This document shows, in pieces, positions 39,383 through 48,460 of a stretch of DNA of 64,000 bases. The translations under genes and the position numbers were made by a program. The first letter of the stretch is position 1. Every line of letters starts with the position of its first letter. The stretch lies in the NCBI GenBank assembly GCA_027317865.1, contig DAHVQG010000002.1, positions 96,001 through 160,000 on the forward strand. The letters are read 5' to 3'. The notes beneath the pieces were generated by a model that searched no databases, was not told the origin of the DNA, and saw only the letters and a list, made by a program, of their open reading frames with translations. Origin of the DNA: Bdellovibrionales bacterium (GTDB taxonomy: Bacteria > Bdellovibrionota > Bdellovibrionia > Bdellovibrionales > UBA1609).

Positions 39383-39853
39383 ATGGCAACAAAACCCGGC
39401 AAAACGTGGGTGGCAAAAAAAGGCGTCAAAAACGACGGCGAAGTGACTGTTGAACAAAAATGGTGGCTTGTTGACGCCAAAGACCAAACCCTCGGTCGTC
39501 TTGCCACTCAAGTAGCAATGGTTATTCGCGGCAAAACAAAACCGAGTTTCACCCCACACGTCGATACCGGTGATTTTGTCGTTGTAATAAACAGCGATCA
39601 GATTCAAATGAGCGGTAAAAAGTGGCAAGAAAAGCTCTATTACCGACATTCGCGCTATTTCGGCGGCATTAAATCTTTGACGGCCCAAGAGCAAAAAGAA
39701 AAAGATTCGACATTTATTGTGACCGAAGCAGTTCGTGGGATGCTCCCGAAAAACAAACTGTCGCGAAATCTAATTAAAAAATTAAAAGTTTATCGGGGGA
39801 CGGAACATCCTCACGCACGACAAAAACCCGAAGCTTTAACAATTTCGAGATAA
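39383..39853 (+). CDS. rplM: 50S ribosomal protein L13
   Basis: WWLVDA..LGRLAT, FTPHVDTGDFVVVIN, YYRHS and AVRGMLPKN motifs. Confidence 0.99.
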   Translation: MATKPGKTWVAKKGVKNDGEVTVEQKWWLVDAKDQTLGRLATQVAMVIRGKTKPSFTPHVDTGDFVVVINSDQIQMSGKKWQEKLYYRHSRYFGGIKSLTAQEQKEKDSTFIVTEAVRGMLPKNKLSRNLIKKLKVYRGTEHPHARQKPEALTISR

Positions 39854-39878
39854 CAGGAAAAATAACGAGGAATTAAAA

Positions 39879-40277
39879 ATGGCAAAAAGCACTGTCTACT
39901 ATGCAACCGGCAAACGTAAAACCAGCGCAGCTCGCGTTTTTTTAAAAGCGGGTACAGGCAAAGTAGATGTGAACGCGATGCCAATAGATAAATATCTGCC
40001 TACGCAAGTGAGCCTCATGAAAGCTCTATCGCCATTTTCGGTGACTGAAGCTAAAGATAAATTCGACGCCAGCATTACAGTTGTAGGCGGCGGTAAAAGC
40101 GGACAAGCCGGCGCCATTTGCCACGGAATTACACGCGCGCTTTTAGTTGCAGACGGAGAAAAATATCGCCCGCTTTTGAAGAAGGCTGGCCTTGTCACCC
40201 GAGATGACCGTATGGTTGAACGTAAAAAATTCGGCAAGCACAAAGCCCGCAAACGTCCACAATTCTCAAAACGTTAA
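39879..40277 (+). CDS. rpsI: 30S ribosomal protein S9
   Basis: TGKRKTSAARV, GGGKSGQAGAI and ERKKFG..KARKRPQFSKR motifs. Confidence 0.99.
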   Translation: MAKSTVYYATGKRKTSAARVFLKAGTGKVDVNAMPIDKYLPTQVSLMKALSPFSVTEAKDKFDASITVVGGGKSGQAGAICHGITRALLVADGEKYRPLLKKAGLVTRDDRMVERKKFGKHKARKRPQFSKR

Positions 40278-40294
40278 TTAAGCGTTTAGGTTTG

Positions 40295-41683
40295 TCACCT
40301 AAACCGGTTCACGATTTCTTTGAAGTAGTTACCGCGTTCGACGTAGTTTTCGAACATGTCGAAGCTTGAGCATCCCGGCGAAAGCAAAACCGTGTCGCCT
40401 ATCCGGCTTTTTTGAAATGCGATTAAAACCGCTTCTTCAAAGGTGCCGATAAGAAACGTTTCGGCATAATCGCCGATTTCGCGATTGATACGCTCTTTTG
40501 CTTCGCCGACCAAAATCAGTGTTTTCACTTTTCGCCGGATGATTTCAGCAAGCGGCGTGTACGTCAAATTCGTATCTTTGCCACCCATGATTAGAATCAC
40601 GTTCTCGTCGAATGCGTCGAGCGCACGCCGCACAGATTGCACGTTGGTCGCCTTTGAATCGTTGTAGAATTCAACTCCCCCCACTCGTCGAACGTATTCC
40701 AGCCGGTGCGGCATGCCGGTAAAGTTATCCATCACGTTTTGAATCACTTCGTGGCGTGCGCCGTACTCGCGCGCCGCAAGTAACGCGGCCATCATATTCT
40801 CAACTGAATGGGTACCCTTCATTTTAATATTAGTAAGATTGAAATACTCAATTTCTGGGCCCGTGCGCACATGAACCTTACCTTTAATAGCCACCGCCCC
40901 GCCGATATTCATGATTTGTGGTTCAAGCGCTTGTTTGCGCGAAAAATAAAATATGCGGCCCCTTTGCACAGCCGGATCTCGCGCCAGTTCAACAACAGCG
41001 TTGTCATCGGCGTTTAAAATACTCGTTGTGGATTGGTTGGTATTGAGAAAAATTTTACGTTTTGCATTCACGTATTCTTCCATATTGCGATAACGATCGA
41101 GGTGATTTTCAGCAAGATTCGTAAATACGATGTTTCGCGGAGTAAACGTTTCGGCCAACTCCAACATAAAACTAGAAACTTCGCATACGAGGACCTGCGC
41201 ATCTTGCGGGCCCATCAAATAGTCGGCAAGTGGCGCCCCGTAGTTGCCTCCAAGCCATGCGTTCACGCCCGATTCTTTTAAAAACAAATGCGTCAGGTGC
41301 GAAACCGTCGTCTTGCCGTTTGTACCTGTTATCGCGATCATGGGTTCTTTTACGAACTGGGAGCAAAATTCAAACTCACCCGTTACCTTCACGCCTTGGC
41401 TTCGCGCATAATCGAATATTTTTAAATTCGGGGAAATGCCCGGGCTCAAAACAATTAAATCTTGGTTAAGAAATGTCTTTGGAGTATGCCCGCCCAGCTC
41501 ATAAGTTACCGGTACGCCCTCCATCAGCTCAAGATAACTGGACAGTTCGGCTCGAGACTTGTGATCGCTAACCGTGACGTTGGCTTCATATTTTACAAGA
41601 AACTTTGCGAGTGAAACGCCGGTTCGAGCCATGCCGACAACCAAAATTCGTTTGCCTTTTAGCTCCGACACATCTTTGTACAT
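40295..41683 (-). CDS. murD: UDP-MurNAc-L-Ala--D-glutamate ligase
   Basis: SPGI, ITGTNGKTT, EVSSF, NHLDRY, HRLE, NDSKATN and LSPGCSSFDMF motifs. Confidence 0.98.
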   Translation of the reverse strand: MYKDVSELKGKRILVVGMARTGVSLAKFLVKYEANVTVSDHKSRAELSSYLELMEGVPVTYELGGHTPKTFLNQDLIVLSPGISPNLKIFDYARSQGVKVTGEFEFCSQFVKEPMIAITGTNGKTTVSHLTHLFLKESGVNAWLGGNYGAPLADYLMGPQDAQVLVCEVSSFMLELAETFTPRNIVFTNLAENHLDRYRNMEEYVNAKRKIFLNTNQSTTSILNADDNAVVELARDPAVQRGRIFYFSRKQALEPQIMNIGGAVAIKGKVHVRTGPEIEYFNLTNIKMKGTHSVENMMAALLAAREYGARHEVIQNVMDNFTGMPHRLEYVRRVGGVEFYNDSKATNVQSVRRALDAFDENVILIMGGKDTNLTYTPLAEIIRRKVKTLILVGEAKERINREIGDYAETFLIGTFEEAVLIAFQKSRIGDTVLLSPGCSSFDMFENYVERGNYFKEIVNRFR

Positions 41684-41695
41684 TCCTCAACTCCT

Positions 41696-42772
41696 TTATC
41701 GCAATTTTAACGTTGCGAGACTTAAAACCGCGAGCAATATTGATATAATCCAAAATCGAACGATGATCTTGGTCTCATCAAGCCCTTTTAACTCAAAATG
41801 ATGATGAAGCGGCGCCATTCTAAAAATCCGCTTGCCGGTCAATTTAAACGACACAACTTGGGTAATGACTGAAAGCGCTTCAACGACAAACACTCCGCCG
41901 AGTACAACCATTAAGAGTTCATTGCTTGTAAAAACAGCCATTATGCCGAGAAAGGCGCCGAGCGAAAGGCTCCCCACATCGCCCATGAAAACTTGCGCCG
42001 GGTAAGTGTTAAACCATAAAAACCCAAGGCCAGCCGCCATTACGGCCGCTGCAACGGGAGCCAATTCGCCTGCGCCGATAAGGTGCGGAATATTTAAGTA
42101 AGTCGCGATGTCCTTGTTCCCGGTCACGTAGGCAAATACTCCAAGGGTCGCGGCCACGATGATGACCGGAAAAATCGCAAGACCATCAAGGCCGTCGGTC
42201 AGATTCACAGCGTTAGCTGTCCCAACAACGACAATCCCCGCGAAAAACGGATAAACCCATCCAAGATCGAGAGCAACCTGCTTAAAAAACGGAACATGCA
42301 ATGTGGTCCCAATAATGCCCGCGTGAACAAGTTCAGAAACACAACCGATGGCCACGATAAATTCAAGAAGTAACCGGAACCGACCCGATAAACCCTTCGT
42401 GTTTTTCTTGTTCACTTTAAGCCAATCGTCGGCGTAACCGATGAGCCCAAAAGCCAGGGTGATAAGCAGCGTCGAGATAACCAACCAATTTCTGAGATTC
42501 ATCCATAAAAGCGCCGACACGCCGATCGAAATGAGCATGAGAGTTCCGCCCATTGTCGGTGTGCCTTGCTTTTTTAAATGCGTTTGCGGCCCGTCATCGC
42601 GTACATTCTGACCGAAATGCCGTTTCACTAAATGCCTAATGAATCGCGGCCCCATTAAGTAGCAAACAAGAAAAGTTGTAAAAAATGATACAAATGCGCG
42701 AAACGTGATGTAGCGAAAAACGTTGAAGGCTGAAATGTAAACAGTTAGCTTTTCAAGACAATGATAGAACAT
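41696..42772 (-). CDS. mraY: Phospho-MurNAc-pentapeptide transferase
   Basis: [30 protein letters not shown] and MAPLHHHFE motifs. Start at 42772. Confidence 0.99.
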   Translation of the reverse strand: MFYHCLEKLTVYISAFNVFRYITFRAFVSFFTTFLVCYLMGPRFIRHLVKRHFGQNVRDDGPQTHLKKQGTPTMGGTLMLISIGVSALLWMNLRNWLVISTLLITLAFGLIGYADDWLKVNKKNTKGLSGRFRLLLEFIVAIGCVSELVHAGIIGTTLHVPFFKQVALDLGWVYPFFAGIVVVGTANAVNLTDGLDGLAIFPVIIVAATLGVFAYVTGNKDIATYLNIPHLIGAGELAPVAAAVMAAGLGFLWFNTYPAQVFMGDVGSLSLGAFLGIMAVFTSNELLMVVLGGVFVVEALSVITQVVSFKLTGKRIFRMAPLHHHFELKGLDETKIIVRFWIISILLAVLSLATLKLR

Positions 42773-42777
42773 TCGAT

Positions 42778-44205
42778 CTACTTCTTTAACGGTTGAAACG
42801 ACGGGTCCCACGCGAGTAACACTCGCTCAAGCCGCATGCCGCGCGAACCCTTCATCACGACGATGTCCTTAGGATTTAACATGGAGCGAACTTTCATTGC
42901 AAGTGATTCTTCGTAACCATTTGAAATGAAATATGTTTTTGAAAAACCAGAACGCTTGAGCCCGCGTTCAAAAGCCGCGTTGTCTTCGCCGAAAAACCAC
43001 ACCACGGCAATATCCGATTGCCCCACTAATTCACCCAATTCTTCGTGATAGCGAGGTGAATCCGCTCCGAGCTCGAGCATTTGCCCGAAAATTGCCACTT
43101 TTTTAACGCCGGCTTCTAATGACATTTCGAAAAAATTGCGAACAAGCATGCTCACGCTGTCCGGGTTCGCGTTATAAGCATCAAAAATTACCGTTGTTCC
43201 ATTCGGCAGCTTCACCAGTTGATTGCGCCCCCATTGACCACGACAAAGCGAAAGAGCCTGCCATATTTTTTCAGGTTCCATCCCCATTACTAGAGCCAGG
43301 CTGGCAGCCGCCATTAGGTTAACAACATTGTGCCGGCCGAACACCGGGACCGTCGCTTCACCTTTGACACCCTTGATGTGCCCCACAACGTGAAGGCCAG
43401 ACATTTGCATCCGATCAGCGCGAAAACCCACTTCTGCTCCCGCGCTAAACGACGAAAACGCCAACGTGCGTTCCGGGCCCTGACGTTTTGCCACACGATC
43501 AAACATTTTCATCGTGTATTCGTTGTCGGTGTTAAAAATTTTGATAGCGCCAGGGTTCGCAAGATAAATTTCTTCTTTCGCATCAGCGACTTTTTGTTGG
43601 TCACCACCAAAATTACCTATGTGCGCACGCCCAACGGTAGTACATAAAACCACGTCAGGCTCAGCAATTTTTGAAAGTTGAGTCAGTTCGCCGGAGTGGT
43701 TCATGCCCATCTCCACAAGAACCACATCGTCTCCACGGCTGGCACTAAGCAGAGTTAGTGGCACTCCCCAGTGATTGTTAAAACTTCCGTGACTCACGCA
43801 CACCTTAAACTGTGTGCCCAAAATTGTGGCGGCAAATTCTTTTGTCGAAGATTTGCCATTTGAACCAGTAACGCCAAATACTTTGGCTTCGAGTCGATGC
43901 CGCCAATCCCGCGCCAACTCTTGTAGCGCCCGCAGGGTATCGGCCACGCGCACAACCGTCACTTGCGATTTCAATTCATTTAATTCGGGAGTCTCGCGAT
44001 GAACAATTAAACACTTCGCCCCGCCCAAAACGGCTTGGCTTAAATAATCGTGAGCATCAAATTTTTCGCCAACAAGCGCGAAAAAAATTTGCCCGTCTAT
44101 GTGCCGGCTGTCCGTGCTCACGCCGGTAAATTCCGTGCCGTGGGTTGAAAGCGTTTCGCCACAAACGGCGGCACGAAGAGACTCAATTGTAAATTCGCAT
44201 GGCAT
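42778..44205 (-). CDS. murF: UDP-MurNAc-tripeptide--D-Ala-D-Ala ligase
   Basis: [39 protein letters not shown] and KGSRGMRLE motifs. Start at 44205. Confidence 0.98.
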   Translation of the reverse strand: MPCEFTIESLRAAVCGETLSTHGTEFTGVSTDSRHIDGQIFFALVGEKFDAHDYLSQAVLGGAKCLIVHRETPELNELKSQVTVVRVADTLRALQELARDWRHRLEAKVFGVTGSNGKSSTKEFAATILGTQFKVCVSHGSFNNHWGVPLTLLSASRGDDVVLVEMGMNHSGELTQLSKIAEPDVVLCTTVGRAHIGNFGGDQQKVADAKEEIYLANPGAIKIFNTDNEYTMKMFDRVAKRQGPERTLAFSSFSAGAEVGFRADRMQMSGLHVVGHIKGVKGEATVPVFGRHNVVNLMAAASLALVMGMEPEKIWQALSLCRGQWGRNQLVKLPNGTTVIFDAYNANPDSVSMLVRNFFEMSLEAGVKKVAIFGQMLELGADSPRYHEELGELVGQSDIAVVWFFGEDNAAFERGLKRSGFSKTYFISNGYEESLAMKVRSMLNPKDIVVMKGSRGMRLERVLLAWDPSFQPLKK

Positions 44206-44209
44206 TTTT

Positions 44210-45715
44210 TTATTCCTGCAAATAACTTCGCGCGATCTCTCGATCATCCATATCAACGCGGCGGTCACCCACAATTTGATATGTTTCGTGACCTTTGCCC
44301 GCAATCAAAACGACATCTTCGGCAACTGCCCGTTTAATGGCCTTCCCGATACACTCTTTACGGTCTACTTCAACAAAAACTTTGGAGTTCATCAACTCTG
44401 TCGGCACTCCGTCTAAAATATCTCGAATGATTTCAACCGGCGCTTCGCTTCGAGGATTATCAGAGGTCACAAAAACGAGATCCGAATTTTCAATCGCAGC
44501 TTTTGCCATAAGAGGGCGCTTGCCTTTATCGCGATCGCCGCCGCAGCCAAATACCGTCAGGATTCGCGACTTCAATTGAGCACGTTCGCGAATCGCTTGT
44601 AGGGCGCGCAAAACCTCTCTTAAAGCGTCGTCCGTATGCGCGTAATCAACGAGTACATGAAGACCGCGAGTATTCGGAACCGGCTGCAACCGACCTGGCA
44701 CGCCGTTAAACTTTTTAATGGCGTGCGCACAAGTTTCAAGAGATGCGCCCGCGCGAACGCCAACCGCAATCGCCGCAACCACATTGTAAACATTGTGCCG
44801 GCCTAGTAGGGGGCTATCGACTTCGATCTCGCCTTGGCGCGTGACCAAACGAAAACGCGTTCCTTTAAAATTCATTTCTAGAATTTGAAACTGAAAGTCA
44901 CAGTGAGTTTCGCCGTAACCGCAACGCCGAACACCTTGACCGAGCTCGAGCTTTCGCCCCCATTCGTCGTCGAGGTTAATAACAGCTAGCTTAAGCGCCG
45001 GTTCAGTTTGCAACCCAGAAATTGTTCTCGCTTGCGGTCGAAACAGTCGTTCTTTGGCGCGAAAATAGTTCGCCATTGTCACGTGATAATCGAGGTGATC
45101 TCGCGTTAAGTTTGTGAAAACCGCAACTTCAAATGGAATACTTACCGCTCTGTCTTGGTCAAGCGCCTGACTAGAAACTTCCATTACCAGTGCTTTTGCA
45201 CCCAGATCGCGAAACTCACGCAAGCGCTTTTGCAACGTTACCGGCTCCGGTGAAGTGAGATTTGTTGGCCAAACGCGATCAGCCAGATGATGATCGACCG
45301 TACCGATGACGCCCGTTTTCATACCGAAGTCGTTTAATATCGCTTCAATAAGAAAGGCCGTGCTGGTTTTGCCGTTTGTACCGGTCACTCCCACGCAAAA
45401 AAGTGACCGGGCCGGGTCACCGTAAAAGCGTGCCGCAAGTTCGCCGAGAGCTATGCGTGAATTTGCGACTTTCAAAACTCCACCCGTAAAACTTGCCGGC
45501 ACAGCCGACTCGTCTTCGACGACAACGGCCGCGACATTTCGAGCGCAAACGTCTTGTAAGTAACGATGTCCGTCGTGGGAGCGTCCGCGTACCGCGACAA
45601 AAACATCCCCTGCTTTAGCGGTCCGCGAATCGCTTGTGATAGACGAAATTTCACAAAAGGGTTTATTACCCAATTTAAATTGCGACGAGATGCTGAAGAG
45701 TTCGGTGAGCGTCAA
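44210..45715 (-). CDS. murE: UDP-MurNAc-dipeptide--meso-DAP ligase
   Basis: TGTNGKTS, MEVSS, DHLDYH, DYAHT, FGCGGDRD, DNPR (DAP-type) and AGKGHE motifs. Confidence 0.98.
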   Translation of the reverse strand: MTLTELFSISSQFKLGNKPFCEISSITSDSRTAKAGDVFVAVRGRSHDGHRYLQDVCARNVAAVVVEDESAVPASFTGGVLKVANSRIALGELAARFYGDPARSLFCVGVTGTNGKTSTAFLIEAILNDFGMKTGVIGTVDHHLADRVWPTNLTSPEPVTLQKRLREFRDLGAKALVMEVSSQALDQDRAVSIPFEVAVFTNLTRDHLDYHVTMANYFRAKERLFRPQARTISGLQTEPALKLAVINLDDEWGRKLELGQGVRRCGYGETHCDFQFQILEMNFKGTRFRLVTRQGEIEVDSPLLGRHNVYNVVAAIAVGVRAGASLETCAHAIKKFNGVPGRLQPVPNTRGLHVLVDYAHTDDALREVLRALQAIRERAQLKSRILTVFGCGGDRDKGKRPLMAKAAIENSDLVFVTSDNPRSEAPVEIIRDILDGVPTELMNSKVFVEVDRKECIGKAIKRAVAEDVVLIAGKGHETYQIVGDRRVDMDDREIARSYLQE

Positions 45716-45718
45716 TAA

Positions 45719-46264
45719 TTAAGCCTTTTCAATCACAGCCAAGATTTCAGACCAATTATGACATTCGAAATGGGCCGTGGCAAAATCAGGTTCAAAACTA
45801 AAATTATCCGAGTGGGATTGTCGAAAAAATATCGTTCGACAGCCCGCGCGCCGGCCCGCTTCGACATCACTTGGTTTATCGCCAATCATCCAGCTCGTTG
45901 ATAGATCGATGTTGTACTCTTGGGCGGCCAATAAAATCAGGCCGGGATTCGGTTTTCTGTTGAAATCGTCGCTACCCGAGGCGGCCTGCGAGACATATAC
46001 CGCCATGAGATCCACACCGTTTTGCGCAAGCTCCGCCCGTATGCGTTCGTGAATTGCATTCATATTCAATAAATCCACTTTGCCGCTTGCAATGCCCGAT
46101 TGGTTAGTTATTAAACAAAACTCAAAACCACAGTCGCGGAGCCTGCGTAAGGCTTCTATGGAGTTGGGTTGCATTTCGACAAGATTCGCGTCATTGAGGT
46201 AATTGCGCTCAATGATCAAGGTGCCGTCGCGGTCTAAAAATATGACCTTCCGTTTGCCAATCAT
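45719..46264 (-). CDS. gmhB: HAD-IIIA phosphatase, GmhB/HisB-N-like
   Basis: FLDRDGTL, ITNQSGI, RKPNPG and WMIGDKPSD motifs. The Zn-binding Cys residues are absent. Confidence 0.75.
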   Translation of the reverse strand: MIGKRKVIFLDRDGTLIIERNYLNDANLVEMQPNSIEALRRLRDCGFEFCLITNQSGIASGKVDLLNMNAIHERIRAELAQNGVDLMAVYVSQAASGSDDFNRKPNPGLILLAAQEYNIDLSTSWMIGDKPSDVEAGRRAGCRTIFFRQSHSDNFSFEPDFATAHFECHNWSEILAVIEKA

Positions 46265-47229
46265 TCCGCTAACTTCTTTTCTCCAAAGGGGTGACTCGAC
46301 TCCATTGTTCGGGCTAGACCATCTATGGTCAGGTGTAGATAACGCTCCGTCGCGGCAAGCGAAGCATGACCGAGAAGCTCCTGCAGAACACGCAAATCAG
46401 TACCTCCAGATAACATGTGAGTGGCAAAACTGTGGCGCAAAGCGTGCGGATGAAGCGGTTTGAGTAGCCCCGCTTTCACTCCACTTTGACGAATGATTTC
46501 ATAGGCGGCTCGCGTGTTAAGCGGCTTTTCGCCAAAAACATACTCACCTTGTTGGGGGGTTTGGCTCAAGGCGTTTGCGAGCACGGGAACCATAGCAATT
46601 TTTCTTTCTTTGCCGCCTTTACCCAATATGACAAGCGAACGATCTGACAAATCAACGTTTGACCATTTTAAATTGGCCGCCTCAGAGACGCGTAAACCTG
46701 CGCCATAGAGGAGTAGAACAAGCAATCGATCACGTCTAGAATGCCGGTCATTGTGTTTGCTCAGTGTTTTTAGGAGCGCAAGGGCTTCATCAAGCGAAAG
46801 AAAATGCGGGACTCTGCCCGGAACTTTCGGAGAAATGAGCTGCGCCGACAAGTCTTGGTCAATAAGCCCCTCCGCCAGTAACCATTTAAAAAAACTTTTA
46901 AGGCAGGCAATTTTGCGATTCCGCGACGCTGGGCTTAAGTTGCACCATTTAACTTGCGCTTTTCTGATGAGTTCAAGTAAAAGAGGGACCAGTTCCGTAG
47001 AGTTGCCATAAGATATTTTTGCAGTTGAAGCGGACTTGGCTATCCAACGCCCTTTTTGAAAAATAATCGCTTCAGCTTCTAAAGGTTGCAAAAATTGGTT
47101 GAGATCGTTGGCATAAGATTTGGATGTTAATGGTTGAACTGTTCGAGTTTCGGAACGTAAATTCAGATAGTTAGAAGCTAACTCGGACAATTTTTGTTCT
47201 TTTTTCGGTGACATTATTTGGCCCCACAA
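46261..47229 (-). CDS. xerC: Tyrosine recombinase, XerC/XerD family
   Basis: Intact catalytic set: GLRVSE, GKGGKER, HALRHSFATH and LGHASLAATERY. XerC versus XerD not certain. Confidence 0.85.
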   Translation of the reverse strand: MWGQIMSPKKEQKLSELASNYLNLRSETRTVQPLTSKSYANDLNQFLQPLEAEAIIFQKGRWIAKSASTAKISYGNSTELVPLLLELIRKAQVKWCNLSPASRNRKIACLKSFFKWLLAEGLIDQDLSAQLISPKVPGRVPHFLSLDEALALLKTLSKHNDRHSRRDRLLVLLLYGAGLRVSEAANLKWSNVDLSDRSLVILGKGGKERKIAMVPVLANALSQTPQQGEYVFGEKPLNTRAAYEIIRQSGVKAGLLKPLHPHALRHSFATHMLSGGTDLRVLQELLGHASLAATERYLHLTIDGLARTMESSHPFGEKKLAE

Positions 47230-47252
47230 AAAAGAATAAAAAAGAAAAAAGC

Positions 47253-47281
47253 TTGCAGAAATTTCAGTAATTTGTTATACA
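47253..47281 (+). promoter_or_regulatory. Putative sigma70 promoter for the sigma54 activator gene
   Basis: TTGCAG-17 bp-TATACA with an extended TG. Confidence 0.4.
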
Positions 47282-47326
47282 TTGCGTCATAAACCCGGCT
47301 TATGCCCATAAAAAGAGGTTGAACGT

Positions 47327-48376
47327 ATGTCGGAAGTCGAAAAGTCATCTTATCTACCGTCGTCGAACGAAAATCAAACGCTTGTTCCACATGCTAAAAT
47401 TCTAGAGGACAGTCCGATTATCTACAAGTCGGAGGCTATGCGCCAACTTATGCGTATGGTGGAACGCGTAGCACCGTCACAGGCAACCGTTTTGGTTCTG
47501 GGTGAATCCGGCACCGGAAAAGAACTGATTGCGCAGCATATTCATAAAAATTCGGGCCGACGCGATAAACCGTTTGTTGCAATTAACTGTGGTGCATTAC
47601 GCGAGACACTTCTTGAGTCTGAGTTGTTTGGTCATGAACGTGGAGCCTTCACCGGCGCCTACGCCAGAAAAATTGGTTTAGCTGAAGTCGCAAATGGCGG
47701 CACGCTGTTTTTAGATGAAATCGGCGAGTTAAGCCCCGGCATACAATCTAAACTCCTTCGTTTCTTACAAGAGGGCGAAATTTTTCGCGTTGGCGGCAAA
47801 GATCCGATTAAAGTAGATATCCGTTTGATATCGGCAACAAATCGCGAACTCGAAAAGGAAGTTCTGCGCGGAAATTTTCGGGAAGATCTTTTTTATCGCA
47901 TTAACACCATTATGGTTCAAACACCGCCCCTGCGTCGACGCAAAGAGGATATTCCGCTTCTTGTGGAACATTTTCTTGCCAAAGGCGCCAACGCGATTCT
48001 CGGTCGCGGCCGGCAAATGAGCGAAGAAGCGATGAAAATCATGATGAAATATGATTGGCCGGGCAATATTCGAGAGTTGCAAAATACTTGCGAACGATTG
48101 CAGATTTTGTCAGAGGGCCACACGGTGATGCCCAATGACCTCCCCGAGCATATTCGAAATCCCGAGTATAAAGCTGTTATCGACGATTACGATCCCACTC
48201 TGACTGTTCATGAACTTGAGAGACGCTATATCTTGAAGGCGCTCAATTATTTTGACGGCAACAAAACGCAAGCTGCAAACGCCCTCGGGATTACGATCAA
48301 AACACTCTACAACAAGTTGCACGAATACGGTGAGTTTGAAAAATTCGCCGTTCACACAAAAATAAAAGAATCCTAA
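47327..48376 (+). CDS. Sigma54-dependent enhancer-binding protein (AAA+ and Fis HTH, no sensor domain)
   Basis: GESGTGKE, GAFTGA, LFLDEIG, FREDLFYR and WPGNIREL motifs, with HTH GNKTQAANALGITIKTLYNKL. Confidence 0.96.
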   Translation: MSEVEKSSYLPSSNENQTLVPHAKILEDSPIIYKSEAMRQLMRMVERVAPSQATVLVLGESGTGKELIAQHIHKNSGRRDKPFVAINCGALRETLLESELFGHERGAFTGAYARKIGLAEVANGGTLFLDEIGELSPGIQSKLLRFLQEGEIFRVGGKDPIKVDIRLISATNRELEKEVLRGNFREDLFYRINTIMVQTPPLRRRKEDIPLLVEHFLAKGANAILGRGRQMSEEAMKIMMKYDWPGNIRELQNTCERLQILSEGHTVMPNDLPEHIRNPEYKAVIDDYDPTLTVHELERRYILKALNYFDGNKTQAANALGITIKTLYNKLHEYGEFEKFAVHTKIKES

Positions 48377-48389
48377 AACGCGAGCTCTT

Positions 48390-48422
48390 GCGCAAACGCC
48401 ATTTCAAATTTGGCGTTTGCGC
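48390..48422. terminator. Hairpin between convergent activator and ftsI genes
   Basis: GCGCAAACGCCA-N9-TGGCGTTTGCGC is a perfect 12-bp stem. Confidence 0.65.
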
Positions 48423-48460
48423 GATCGAATGAATATTAGCGGCCGATATATAAACCTATT

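Noticed and set aside
39203-40252. Antisense ORFs over truA, rplM and rpsI
   Set aside because: They are shadows of conserved genes.
46261-47229. Tyrosine recombinase as a phage or island integrase
   Set aside because: It has Xer-type size and motifs, is coupled to the mur genes, and has no tRNA, att repeats or cargo nearby.
48442-48449. GCCGATAT sigma28-like -10 pointing antisense into ftsI
   Set aside because: There is no matching -35 element and no downstream sense gene.
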